A stretch of DNA of 64,000 nt. Origin: Bdellovibrionales bacterium RIFOXYD12_FULL_39_22. GTDB taxonomy: Bacteria; Bdellovibrionota; Bacteriovoracia; Bacteriovoracales; Bacteriovoracaceae. Positions within the stretch are counted from its first letter, which is position 1. Each line of letters starts with the position of its first letter. This document shows positions 38,372-48,410 of this stretch, piece after piece. The stretch covers positions 1 to 64,000 of the forward strand of contig MEQL01000060.1 of assembly GCA_001770205.1 (NCBI GenBank), read 5' to 3'. Under the pieces are notes generated by a model. It did not search any database, was not told where the DNA came from, and was given only the letters and a program-made list of their open reading frames with translations. The position numbers and the translations under genes are program-made.

Positions 38372-39493
38372 TTAAAAAGTAACTAACAAACCGCCGCTAA
38401 TTGTCATAAAACCGGCATCCTCAATCTCACGTCCTAGTTGATTTAGGCGCTGCTGATCAAAGTTTTGATCCACTGCTGTCGATTCATAGTCAAAACCTTG
38501 GGCCAAACCTTTAGCATAGCTAACATCTAAGTTTAGGCCAATGCTATTGGAAAATTTAATTTCTGATCCTAAAGAACCACGAGCTGAAACATAGCTGGAA
38601 GTAAATTGCTCGTTACCATATCTAATACCATACTGATCATAGTATGGACGCTTATCAGAAAAAGAGAGACTGGTTCTATTGTATGCCAAAGCAGCTCCCA
38701 GATATGGACGAATTTTTCCGCTATTTATTATAAAGACCTTTGAGTTCATATCCACAGCAAAGTGGTTATAATTTAGTTGTCGTCCATTATCGCCGTAAAT
38801 GTCATAGTAACCATAGTTATCGTATACGTAGCTCTCGTAGTTATTATTATCGTCGCTTATATCAAGTGTTGAATAGGTCAATCCCACCCCTAAAGATAGT
38901 CTAGAATTAACCATAGACTCAGCCGAGAGCGAAATATTTATCTTCGATTCATAATTTACTTGATCACCTTTTATATTAAGCACTCCAAAAGCAGGAATGA
39001 TTTTGAATTGAGTCTCTGTGTTTTCATCTTCAATTACCGCTTTTTTTAGTGGAGATTCTGTTACCACCAGCGCTGGTGCTATGGTCTCTATTGGGGCAAC
39101 AGGTGTTACTGCTGCCTGGCGAACACTTACTTGATCAGAGGAGATGGCCGAACCATCGCCGGCCGAACCGCTACCAAAAACATTAGAGATTTTTTCTTGT
39201 AAATTTTTCTTTTCAGAATCTTTAATTTCTCTAACTTGCTCTCGTGGAATTTGGAGGTTTTCAATCTGCTTGGCCAACATTTTTACATTTTTCTTTTCGC
39301 TTTTCTTGCGCGCTTCTTCAATCAATTCGGTATTTGAAAGCTCGTCTTCTTCTGCCGCCGACCATTGGCCATCAACATCAATTTGATCTGAGTTTAAAAT
39401 TGAGTCGGCCTCTTTTAATACATCTTCTTGTGCAAAGGCCTGTATGCCGTATGCTGAAAGGATTAGCAAACTAACGAGACTTAAATATTTCAT
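38372..39493 (-). CDS. Outer-membrane beta-barrel (OmpW/OmpA-like) protein with N-terminal coiled region
   Basis: Start ATG 39493 (AGGAG RBS); signal peptide; RPYLGAALAY strand; C-terminal GLLVTF. Confidence 0.75.
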   Translation of the reverse strand: MKYLSLVSLLILSAYGIQAFAQEDVLKEADSILNSDQIDVDGQWSAAEEDELSNTELIEEARKKSEKKNVKMLAKQIENLQIPREQVREIKDSEKKNLQEKISNVFGSGSAGDGSAISSDQVSVRQAAVTPVAPIETIAPALVVTESPLKKAVIEDENTETQFKIIPAFGVLNIKGDQVNYESKINISLSAESMVNSRLSLGVGLTYSTLDISDDNNNYESYVYDNYGYYDIYGDNGRQLNYNHFAVDMNSKVFIINSGKIRPYLGAALAYNRTSLSFSDKRPYYDQYGIRYGNEQFTSSYVSARGSLGSEIKFSNSIGLNLDVSYAKGLAQGFDYESTAVDQNFDQQRLNQLGREIEDAGFMTISGGLLVTF

Positions 39494-39707
39494 AGAAAAC
39501 TCCTTTAAAAAACAACCCAAAACATCGTATGTAAATTTCCCATCACCTTTTAGCATATTTTCAAACAACGCGGTGAAATATAATTTTGATCATGTATTTT
39601 TTACCAACATAAAAAACAAATTCTCGATAGGCAAAAATCTCTAAATTTTAGTTCCTTTTTGCAATTCTACTAATGAATTCTATTATTTATCCGATATACT
39701 AAAACGA

Positions 39708-40406
39708 ATGAATAACTTATCTTTCCTCTATAATGCCAGCACTTCAAATAAGAGCATAGGCCTTTGGACATTGCTCCTACTGCTTTTATTTTGTATTTCC
39801 TGTTCTTCATCATCTACAACTCCTCCGGCCAAAGAAGAAAATAGCATTCAAAGTGAAAATGCTAATGACGATGGCCTCTCGCTGACTGAACTTGAGGCCG
39901 ACTTTGAAAATGATGCTACTACCGCCAGTGATGCCAGCGCTTCCCCTGAAACATCTATCGAAACGGTGAACGACGAAGCGGTCGAGGAAACAGCGCCTGC
40001 CCCTTCTACAGAGCAGATAGCACCTCTTTCAATCGACAATCCACCTGCGGCAGAAATCACTATAAAGGAAGAAGAGGCCTCAACCGAAGTAGTGCCTACC
40101 AACAAATATGGTAAATACTTTAACGTATCAGAGCACTCTCTTCTTTTTGCGGCCAAGAGGGGCTCTATCGAAACACTTAAATACTTGCTCGGACTAGGTA
40201 TTGATGTGAATTTTCAAAACGCCAAAGGCGAAACGGCACTAATGGCCGCTGCTAGAAATGGCAGATTAGAAAACGTAATCTTTCTTTTAGAAAATGGTGC
40301 TAATACTAACCTGAAAAACAAATCTGGTAAAACGGCCATCCAACTGATTGGAAAAAAGAACTCTTCACAGATAAAAAATATTTTAAAAGATCACGCCTCT
40401 CCATAG
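39708..40406 (+). CDS. Ankyrin-repeat lipoprotein
   Basis: Lipobox CISC; acidic linker; GETALMAAARNG, GANTN, GKTAIQ ankyrin motifs. Confidence 0.85.
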   Translation: MNNLSFLYNASTSNKSIGLWTLLLLLLFCISCSSSSTTPPAKEENSIQSENANDDGLSLTELEADFENDATTASDASASPETSIETVNDEAVEETAPAPSTEQIAPLSIDNPPAAEITIKEEEASTEVVPTNKYGKYFNVSEHSLLFAAKRGSIETLKYLLGLGIDVNFQNAKGETALMAAARNGRLENVIFLLENGANTNLKNKSGKTAIQLIGKKNSSQIKNILKDHASP

Positions 40407-40416
40407 CATGAATGTG

Positions 40417-40656
40417 CTAGCGAGGAATGTTGTAGTAAATCAATCTATCCTCACTGGCCGCGAACATAAAAAGTCCTGTAATTTTACACATGGCCAGTTC
40501 GGGATTAGACTGACATTTGGCCGGATCAACTTTGAGATATTGATATAATTTCCCAGAAATAGAAATAATTAGTATGGCCGCCACCGAAATCATCATCGCA
40601 TATTCAACTGAAGTTTGACCTTTTGAAAACCAACCGCGGCCTTTTTTTGTTTTCAT
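40417..40656 (-). CDS. Flp/TadE-type pilin-like protein (class III signal peptide)
   Basis: Basic leader, G|QTSVEY followed by a hydrophobic helix. Confidence 0.7.
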   Translation of the reverse strand: MKTKKGRGWFSKGQTSVEYAMMISVAAILIISISGKLYQYLKVDPAKCQSNPELAMCKITGLFMFAASEDRLIYYNIPR

Positions 40657-40667
40657 CTTATCTCTGC

Positions 40668-42056
40668 TTATAAATGTTTAATCGCCATTAATTCCGATAA
40701 AAGTCCTACCGCCCGATTATTATATGGCCCGACATATTTTATATTTACTAACGGGCCTGCGAGTGCGTTGTTTCCAATATCTAAAACCGATACCTCTGAA
40801 CGTTGGCCATCATCTAGCGATCTATCTTCATATATCGCATTCAAGATTACTTCGGGCCCAAAAGAGTAATCCAATTCCTCAACATCCTGTTCTGAAAAAG
40901 CAATCAAATTTGCTAAATCCCTATATATTTGTTTGAGAATAAAATTTTTAATAAAAGCTTCTTTCAAGCAATCTCTACCTTTGAAAAAAACTTTCCCTTC
41001 AATCCGGCCATATTCGAATTTAATATCCCAATAGGGAATTGTTGCCCCAATCATTTGTGGGCCAGAGAAAATAAAACGCTCACCGACTAAATCTGTAAAA
41101 GCATCACTAGATTTTAATTTTATATTCAGCTCAAAACAACGATATACTTCTGATTTAATATTTACATCAAATAGAGAATCTCCTGGCGCCCCACCTACAA
41201 TTAAAATATCCTTGGGCCGAACAATTCCCTCATAACTCTCCAGCTCTACCGCCCACGGCCCTTTTTTATGAAAGATCCACTCTTTCACTCTAGTCTTTTT
41301 AAACAATCCACCTCTTGCTAAAAATAATTTTTGCAATCTATCCGTCAATTTTTTATCATCAACTTGATAATGAGGAAGAAGAAGTGAGAGGAAGATATGA
41401 AAGAGTTGATAATCCCCCATCGCAAGGGATATTCTGTTATGAAAAATTGCTCCTAACATTGAGAGTATCGAAGAGATTTCTGTTTTCTCTTGGGCCAATT
41501 CTGAACTAACGACTCTTTTAAACTCATCAAAAAATGGTCTTATTTGCGAAGGACAGATACTATACAACTGTTTAAATCCTACCGTCCCCGTATCTGCGCC
41601 ATCAAAGAGAAGTTTTGCAACTTGTAGGCCATAGGAATTACACAGTTGGTTAAACCAATGATTAGCATCATCATGCTGGCCCATAATACTGGCATAAAGA
41701 TCAGCGGTTTTAGGAGAAATTAACCAATGAGGAAATTTACGAACAATTTCTCGCAAATTACTAACCGGTCTAGTTCCCAGCAACAATCGACGATTTCCTG
41801 CAACAATGGTGGCCGGACGATTAGTTGTAAATTTATCAATATCCTTAAGTGGCCCAATATCATAAACCTCTCCATAAAGATGTAGTAGGTTTTGCTCAAG
41901 GGAGCTAATCCAATCTAGATAGACCTCTCCAAGATTTATTCGATCATCATCTACGAGCAACACTTTTTCGCCGGCCACCAGTCTGCGCAATAATAAAATA
42001 TAAGCGATATAGTTTTCGCCTACCGCAAATGTATCTATTTTTTTATTAAATAGCAT
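40668..42056 (-). CDS. Hypothetical protein with degenerate FAD-binding Rossmann-like N-terminus
   Basis: Start ATG 42056 (AAGGAG RBS); FAVGENYIAY...KVLLVDD beta-alpha-beta pattern lacking canonical GxGxxG. Confidence 0.5.
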   Translation of the reverse strand: MLFNKKIDTFAVGENYIAYILLLRRLVAGEKVLLVDDDRINLGEVYLDWISSLEQNLLHLYGEVYDIGPLKDIDKFTTNRPATIVAGNRRLLLGTRPVSNLREIVRKFPHWLISPKTADLYASIMGQHDDANHWFNQLCNSYGLQVAKLLFDGADTGTVGFKQLYSICPSQIRPFFDEFKRVVSSELAQEKTEISSILSMLGAIFHNRISLAMGDYQLFHIFLSLLLPHYQVDDKKLTDRLQKLFLARGGLFKKTRVKEWIFHKKGPWAVELESYEGIVRPKDILIVGGAPGDSLFDVNIKSEVYRCFELNIKLKSSDAFTDLVGERFIFSGPQMIGATIPYWDIKFEYGRIEGKVFFKGRDCLKEAFIKNFILKQIYRDLANLIAFSEQDVEELDYSFGPEVILNAIYEDRSLDDGQRSEVSVLDIGNNALAGPLVNIKYVGPYNNRAVGLLSELMAIKHL

Positions 42057-43461
42057 CGCGCTCCTTGAGAATATGATTAATAACCTCACCGGCCACATCA
42101 TTCATCTTATTACCAATTTCCCATCTGTGGCCCATCTCAGCCTTTAGTTTAAATTCACTATTTAACTGCTTTGCCAATATTGTCTGCAATGAGTTTAAAA
42201 ATTCTTCCGAATGCTCTACAACTTTAACATAGCTCTCTGAATATTGCTTGATAAAATCATACTCTTTTGAGGCAAAGGTTTTTGGCCCGCAATAAATATA
42301 CGGCGTCATCCAATACGGTTCTAAAAGCGAATGAATGCTCCGATTAAATCCTCCCCCCACATAGGCCATTTCAAAATAGCTATACATCTCACACAAAATT
42401 CCCGGAATAAGATTTATCACTATTCCAGGGGCCTTGGAAATATCGGCAAATATCTTTGCATACTCTTGCTCTTGTAAATTTCTCGGTAATTCGTAAATGG
42501 GGAGTGTTGTATGGTGTTTAGCAAAAATAGAATCTAGTTTTTGCCGAATAGATGCCACATTATCTGGAGATAATTTATGAGGCGCGAGCATAATCAAAAG
42601 TTTTCTCTCCTTTATTGCCGCCATCACAAAAGAAGAATCTAATAAAAACAAATCTTCCAAATAACAGCTTCCCATCAGCAGTCGCTCTGGCCGATTATAA
42701 TTAGGTAAAAAATCCTTCCATGGTTTGTAAAATAAGAATGCAGAAAGTTTTTTATCTAAATTCTCAATTCGCTCCAAAATGCGCATAATGCGAAAATCTC
42801 CAATATAAATGTGACACTTTTTATTCAGCGTTTGAAAATAGTTTTTATCTGCCTCCGTCAAAGTAACCATTAGATAAAACGAGCGAAAAATATTTTCATA
42901 AAACCACTTTAATGCCGACCACTTCTTTGATAATAAAAAATTTTCTTTATTTTTTATAGTCGCAGCAAAAAGTACAAACTTAATTTCCTTCTGTGCCCCA
43001 ATAAGCAGAAGTTCTGGAAAAAAATCATAGCGGCAAAGAATCAGCGTCTTGGCAGAAATTAGATCAGATAACTTCTGCCCGCCCCAAAATGGCAATAGGG
43101 AATAAGAAAGGGCCGGAAAGCGATAAATCCGCAGTAAAGGATTGGCCATGGCCAGTGCTTGACAATCTTTTTCTACACTTGCAGAAAAAAAAATCAACTC
43201 AACAATTCGTCCGGCCTTTAGAAAAAAATCCAATATCGGGCGAATCTGCTCTAACTCTCCTTGGCTGGATACTTCAAAGGCAAGATCTGCAATAGGAAGA
43301 CTCTTTTTATTCTTAAAAGTTGCTGGCAGATTTTTTGCCTCAAAAAGTAGTCTCTCGGAAATAGCCCCAGAGAGTGGGGCCAGAATAAATTTTACAAAAG
43401 GAAATAGTGCCGTGCGAATAAGATTAACTAACCACAACAGCGTAATTAAATATCTAGACAT
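42046..43461 (-). CDS. waaA: 3-deoxy-D-manno-octulosonic acid (Kdo) transferase
   Basis: SSQGELEQ, RYDFFPEL, GDFR, APH, AYVGGGF..SIHSLLEP motifs. Confidence 0.8.
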   Translation of the reverse strand: MSRYLITLLWLVNLIRTALFPFVKFILAPLSGAISERLLFEAKNLPATFKNKKSLPIADLAFEVSSQGELEQIRPILDFFLKAGRIVELIFFSASVEKDCQALAMANPLLRIYRFPALSYSLLPFWGGQKLSDLISAKTLILCRYDFFPELLLIGAQKEIKFVLFAATIKNKENFLLSKKWSALKWFYENIFRSFYLMVTLTEADKNYFQTLNKKCHIYIGDFRIMRILERIENLDKKLSAFLFYKPWKDFLPNYNRPERLLMGSCYLEDLFLLDSSFVMAAIKERKLLIMLAPHKLSPDNVASIRQKLDSIFAKHHTTLPIYELPRNLQEQEYAKIFADISKAPGIVINLIPGILCEMYSYFEMAYVGGGFNRSIHSLLEPYWMTPYIYCGPKTFASKEYDFIKQYSESYVKVVEHSEEFLNSLQTILAKQLNSEFKLKAEMGHRWEIGNKMNDVAGEVINHILKERDAI

Positions 43462-43650
43462 TTCTTTTTAAGAATCTATGAAACTATCAAAAATGTCACT
43501 TAATAATTGAGGAGATAGCTAATTCATGCTGCCTTTGGCAGGTGATTGTTTTGTCTATTATTTGTATTATTTGTATTATTTACGCTTTCCTTATTATTTT
43601 ACTAAAGTATTTATAACTTGAATTTAGTCCTGATGAAATTAAAATAGCAC

Positions 43651-43676
43651 AAAAAAGGGGCCTCGAATGAGGCCCC
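43651..43676 (-). terminator. Intrinsic terminator of the 939-aa lipoprotein gene
   Basis: GGGGCCTC-gaat-GAGGCCCC hairpin followed by T6 on the - strand. Confidence 0.85.
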
Positions 43677-43741
43677 AGAAATTCAATTAATCATTTTAGA
43701 AAATTGGGTGCAAAGAATAAAATTATTTGCACCTCAACCTA

Positions 43742-46561
43742 CTATCTTACATCATCAATACGAGTCATTCTCATGAACGGTGGAGGTCCACCCATTCCTT
43801 TATTTTCACCCTCTTGAAGTGTGCCATCTGGAGCAGCACATTGAGAAGATTCGCTCATTGAGAATTCTAGCATCATGTTATCAACAACATTTGAAGCATA
43901 AACTAAATCAGATGTTTTAATACCCATCATACTCTTGCTGGTGCAAAGATATGGCACAGAAGTACATTCTTTTCCTCCATTTTTGCTGCAAGTATATTCC
44001 CAGTTAGAGTAAGACTCTGTTCTGAATTCAAACATCTCATATATCTCATCTGATAGCTTCGCAAAAGTTAGCAAGGTGCCTCGGTTTTGGGGATTAGCAT
44101 CCTCACAACCACCAAGTTCTGCGTTGAAATCGTCACAAAATGCCTTGGCAACACAAGTGTAGTTACCCATTCCACCACCATTATCGCTATCCGTTCCTGT
44201 ATTGGAAGAGGAAGCATTGGCCGTACAAGCTTGCTCTACCCGAATGGATGGAAGACAGCTGTTGTCCAAGATATTGATAAAAGTTGTTGTGTAATTTGAA
44301 TAATCACCAACGTCTCCGCCATAGGCAACGGTCAATCCTGTGCCCATCGGGCCACCCTCATTCACTTTTAGGCCTTCAAGTACAGAAACAAAGATGCGTG
44401 CAGCATCCCACTGTCCCCAACTATTTTGGAAAGCAAGACGAACAGCATCGGGATCAGCAGTTCCATCTTTTATGTCAGCTGCGGCCACCCCACTTCCCAT
44501 TCCGGTCGTTGGATCCCAAAACCAGAAAGTACCATCGATATTGGTTGCTTGGAACTCTTCGCGAACTCCACTACCTGCCGGGCCATCATCTGATCGAAGA
44601 AGTTCAAAAATCGCTCCAAACTTCTTACCTTCATCACCTTTCTGATTCGTATACCGTCGAGTCAACTCCGCAGATATATCGTCATTGCTCATGAAGCGAG
44701 GATATTGACGATATTCCGTAGAAGTGTTGGCCGGCGTAGCTGTCTCATAAAAATCTGCCTTACAAAGTTTGTCGTAAACTGAGCGCAGCCATGTGCCCTC
44801 AAGCTTTCCATATTCTACAAGATTGTAATTTGCTGCGGCCAAATCTCCCACTCTTAAATTTTGCAAACGTCCGCTGCTGTTTGCGACTAGACTCAAGCGC
44901 ATGTAGCGATTAGGCCCACAAAGCTCCTCAACTTCTTCAATACATCCGGCCTCTCCCCACTGACGACATTCAACAATTTTTCCACCTTTGGGAATAACCG
45001 GATTTTCAGTATTAGAAGACCAGAAGGTATTCCAGCTGAAGCATGCTTCAATATACTGATTTTCATAAACAGTCTTTCCTACCGTTGAAACGTATGTGAC
45101 CATACCGCTGGCATCCTTGCGAAGCTCATATGACGCAAAGCCAGATACTTCTGCTTCAGAGAATAGACAAGGTGCGGCCTCCTGGCCCCAAGATCCATCT
45201 GTTTCCGTCCAGACAGTACATGCATCTGCGGCCTCGTAAACGGTTCCGTATGCATCTGAGCTAATTTGGCCAAACGAGTTTAACCAGAAGTTTTCTGGCC
45301 ACTGCTTAACATATTTACATTCAAGAGTATCAACTGTTCTGGCCGCATCTAGCGGTTTGCTAAGAGCATCTAGCACTGGAAACCACTGATCGATGACCCC
45401 TTGCAACCCAGATGAACCGTCTGATCCAACTGCCAAATTATTCATCATTTCTTGATTAGTTGTTGCATCGGCCAAGAAATCAAGGGCAACGGTGTCTGTC
45501 CCATCGGAATATTGCCAAGTAAAATCTTTCTCTACACTGCCGCAAGTTTCGTAAGCGGTTTTACTGTTCCAAGCACCCATGTGTGCGTAGTCAGTACCGT
45601 TAATAGCATTCGTTGGGTGAAAATACATAGACATTCCAGATTTTCCACTCTTCCCGCCCATTTCTGTACATGCAAACAGATATCCAATTTCATCTTTAAT
45701 TGCCAATCTGGCCGCTGTAGTTCCGGCCCCATCCATTGCGGCCTTTAGTGCTAAATATGTTGCACCAGCAAAAAGTTCACTATTGTTAGCGGCAAACCAA
45801 GGATCCTTATCTTGCTGCCAGCAATAGTTCATTTCCGGATTATCCTCGCCTGGATGTGCTGCTGCATAAGCTGCCGCCTCATCCGATTCTAGACAGGCCT
45901 TTCCATCAATTGCCATATCAGCAAATTTTTCCAACCAGCGCTTTTGATTTAGCATCAACTTTGAAGAAATCGTGCTGAAAGCAGGACAAGAAAATTCATA
46001 TGTTCCAGTAAATTGAGCAGCGGCGGTAGCACTTGGTGCCAAGTCTTCTGCTGTCTCAACAACTGGAGCTACGTATTCATAGGTTGCCACAACGTCACCG
46101 GTTGAGGCGTCAATTACTAAGCTAACTGAAGCATTTTCTTCTCCATTAAGCTTGGACTCCCCATTTCCTTCTCCCGAAGTCTCGATAAAAACGATGGGTT
46201 GATAGAAAGAAAAGTCGGCCTTATAAATGAAACAGCCGTAATATTTTCCCTTAAATCCATCACAGGTTAATTCAAATGCTCCATCGGCGGCAACATCTTC
46301 AGTACAAGCAGATGGGGCAATTTCTAATGTAACGCAAGAAATGCTAAAATCACTGGTTGTAGAACCTTCTAGAGCTCTAACCCCACCGTGCCAACTTTGG
46401 GCACGTTTAGCGCCCGCATTCATTAAACTTAAACTTCCTGAGATGGTAACCGATGTATCCACTGTTGGATCATCTCCCTCCGGTGTGTCTTTGGCCGCAT
46501 CACTACTACATGAGAAAAGTAGTAACAGCGGCAACATTGATAATAAAGCTATTAACTTCAT
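43742..46561 (-). CDS. Large cysteine-rich acidic surface lipoprotein of unknown function
   Basis: GGAGG RBS; lipobox LFSC; 939 aa with many Cys; own terminator. Confidence 0.75.
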   Translation of the reverse strand: MKLIALLSMLPLLLLFSCSSDAAKDTPEGDDPTVDTSVTISGSLSLMNAGAKRAQSWHGGVRALEGSTTSDFSISCVTLEIAPSACTEDVAADGAFELTCDGFKGKYYGCFIYKADFSFYQPIVFIETSGEGNGESKLNGEENASVSLVIDASTGDVVATYEYVAPVVETAEDLAPSATAAAQFTGTYEFSCPAFSTISSKLMLNQKRWLEKFADMAIDGKACLESDEAAAYAAAHPGEDNPEMNYCWQQDKDPWFAANNSELFAGATYLALKAAMDGAGTTAARLAIKDEIGYLFACTEMGGKSGKSGMSMYFHPTNAINGTDYAHMGAWNSKTAYETCGSVEKDFTWQYSDGTDTVALDFLADATTNQEMMNNLAVGSDGSSGLQGVIDQWFPVLDALSKPLDAARTVDTLECKYVKQWPENFWLNSFGQISSDAYGTVYEAADACTVWTETDGSWGQEAAPCLFSEAEVSGFASYELRKDASGMVTYVSTVGKTVYENQYIEACFSWNTFWSSNTENPVIPKGGKIVECRQWGEAGCIEEVEELCGPNRYMRLSLVANSSGRLQNLRVGDLAAANYNLVEYGKLEGTWLRSVYDKLCKADFYETATPANTSTEYRQYPRFMSNDDISAELTRRYTNQKGDEGKKFGAIFELLRSDDGPAGSGVREEFQATNIDGTFWFWDPTTGMGSGVAAADIKDGTADPDAVRLAFQNSWGQWDAARIFVSVLEGLKVNEGGPMGTGLTVAYGGDVGDYSNYTTTFINILDNSCLPSIRVEQACTANASSSNTGTDSDNGGGMGNYTCVAKAFCDDFNAELGGCEDANPQNRGTLLTFAKLSDEIYEMFEFRTESYSNWEYTCSKNGGKECTSVPYLCTSKSMMGIKTSDLVYASNVVDNMMLEFSMSESSQCAAPDGTLQEGENKGMGGPPPFMRMTRIDDVR

Positions 46562-46949
46562 ACAATAAACCTCCTGTCGATTAATAATAAAAGTGCATCT
46601 TGAATATTCTTTTCCAAATCGTTGTTCATGACAACCAAGAAATCGAAAAAAAATACTTACACCTTAAAGCAAAACTGTCAGGAAACTAATTTTAAAATGG
46701 TCGCCAAATGATTATCAAATCTTGACCTACGTAATAACGCAAATAAATATCCCGACGATTATACTCAACATGTAAAAACTCTCCACTCCCTAGCGTTGCC
46801 CTTCCTTTCTCCTCCTTTTTTATGTTAGAGCGTCAAAGTCTTTGGCAAAGCATTACCCTTGTTGCTAGGCTTCTATGGTTAAAAATTTTTATATTTTTTA
46901 TCAACTATCATTTTATTATTATATTTATGGCAAAAAACTAAGGAGCAAG

Positions 46950-48407
46950 ATGATGATCAACCTGACGGTTAACAAAAAGGCACAAGAAGAGAACGCTAAA
47001 TATTGTCGCCAACACAATATTACTATTCCAACTTTTAAAATGATGAAAGACCCAACACTCGTTCCTCAAAAAATTAAAGAGCGCCTAAAAAACATTGGCC
47101 TTTGGGAAGTTGATCCGGCCAACCTTTATCGCGTAACTTGGAAAAATGAACCCAAAGAAAAAGGTGGCGGACTTGGAACTGTTAATCATATTGTTCTGCC
47201 TCCAGAACTTACCGGGTGCAAGGCCAGCATTATAGTGCTTACCGGAAAATATTTTCCGACTGGAGCACACAAAGTAGGGGCAACCTTTGGTTGTTTAATA
47301 CCCAAACTAATAACTGGGCAATTCAATCCCGCGACAGATTTTGCGGTATGGCCTTCTACTGGAAATTTTTGTCGCGGTGGTGCCTATATCAGCGCACTTC
47401 TTTCATGCAAATCAATTGCAATCCTTCCACAAAATATGTCCAAAGAACGCTTTGAGTGGCTCTCCAAAGTGGCCGGAGAGATTATTGCCACTCCCGGTTG
47501 CGAGAGCAACGTAAAAGAAATCTTTGATAAGTGTTGGGAGCTAAAAAAGACGCGCAAAAATGTAAATATCTTTAACCAATTTGAAGAACTAGGAAATCCT
47601 ACCTGGCACTACAACGTAACTGGCCCGGCCATCGAAGAAGTTCTTCGAACTCTTCTGGGCAAAGAGGGCCGTTTTGCCGGAGGAATTTTCTCCTCGGGCT
47701 CCGGTGGAACACTAGGTGCCGGCTACTACTTAAAATCCAAATACCCAAATGCCAAGGTAGCGGCCGCCGAAGCGCTGGAGTGTCCGACTCTTTTAAATAA
47801 TGGCTTTGGCGATCATCGCATTGAAGGAATTGGCGATAAACATGTTCCGTGGATTCACGATATGAAAAATACGGACATGGCCATTGCAGTAGATGACGAG
47901 CGGCCGATACGTCTGCTGCGTCTATTTAATGAAAAAATTGGCCGAGATCTTCTAAAGAAAAATAAAGTTAATCCAGAATTAGTGGAGAAGTTGGATCTTC
48001 TGGGAATCTCGGGAATTGCCAACGTGCTCGCGGCCATCAAATTTGCCAAATTCTACGAACTTGATGGCCACGATTATGTGGCCACCGTGGCCACTGATTC
48101 CATGCAGCTTTATGCCTCTCGTCTACAAGAACTCTCCTCTGAACGTGGAGCATATAACGAGGCGCAGGCCAATATGGACTTAGAACTTTTACGCGGAACC
48201 ACTACCGATAATGTACTTGAACTAGGATACTACGAACGCAAACGCATCCATAATCTAAAATATTTTACCTGGATTGAGCAACAACAACGCGATGTCGCGG
48301 AACTAAATGCACAGTGGTACGATCGAAACTATTGGACTGGGCACTTTAACCAAGCTGCGGAGATTGACCATTTAATTGAAGAATTCAACCAAATGATTCA
48401 AGGATAA
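46950..48407 (+). CDS. Fold-type II PLP-dependent enzyme (cysteine synthase/Trp synthase beta superfamily)
   Basis: Start likely 46950 (AGGAG RBS); TGAHKVG (PLP Lys), PSTGNF, SGSGGT, HRIEGIG. Confidence 0.85.
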   Translation: MMINLTVNKKAQEENAKYCRQHNITIPTFKMMKDPTLVPQKIKERLKNIGLWEVDPANLYRVTWKNEPKEKGGGLGTVNHIVLPPELTGCKASIIVLTGKYFPTGAHKVGATFGCLIPKLITGQFNPATDFAVWPSTGNFCRGGAYISALLSCKSIAILPQNMSKERFEWLSKVAGEIIATPGCESNVKEIFDKCWELKKTRKNVNIFNQFEELGNPTWHYNVTGPAIEEVLRTLLGKEGRFAGGIFSSGSGGTLGAGYYLKSKYPNAKVAAAEALECPTLLNNGFGDHRIEGIGDKHVPWIHDMKNTDMAIAVDDERPIRLLRLFNEKIGRDLLKKNKVNPELVEKLDLLGISGIANVLAAIKFAKFYELDGHDYVATVATDSMQLYASRLQELSSERGAYNEAQANMDLELLRGTTTDNVLELGYYERKRIHNLKYFTWIEQQQRDVAELNAQWYDRNYWTGHFNQAAEIDHLIEEFNQMIQG

Positions 48408-48410
48408 ACT

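Noticed and set aside
46570..46949. Riboswitch or ncRNA in the long leader before the PLP/DPD operon
   Set aside because: No purine or other riboswitch consensus recognised; the region can be explained by divergent promoters
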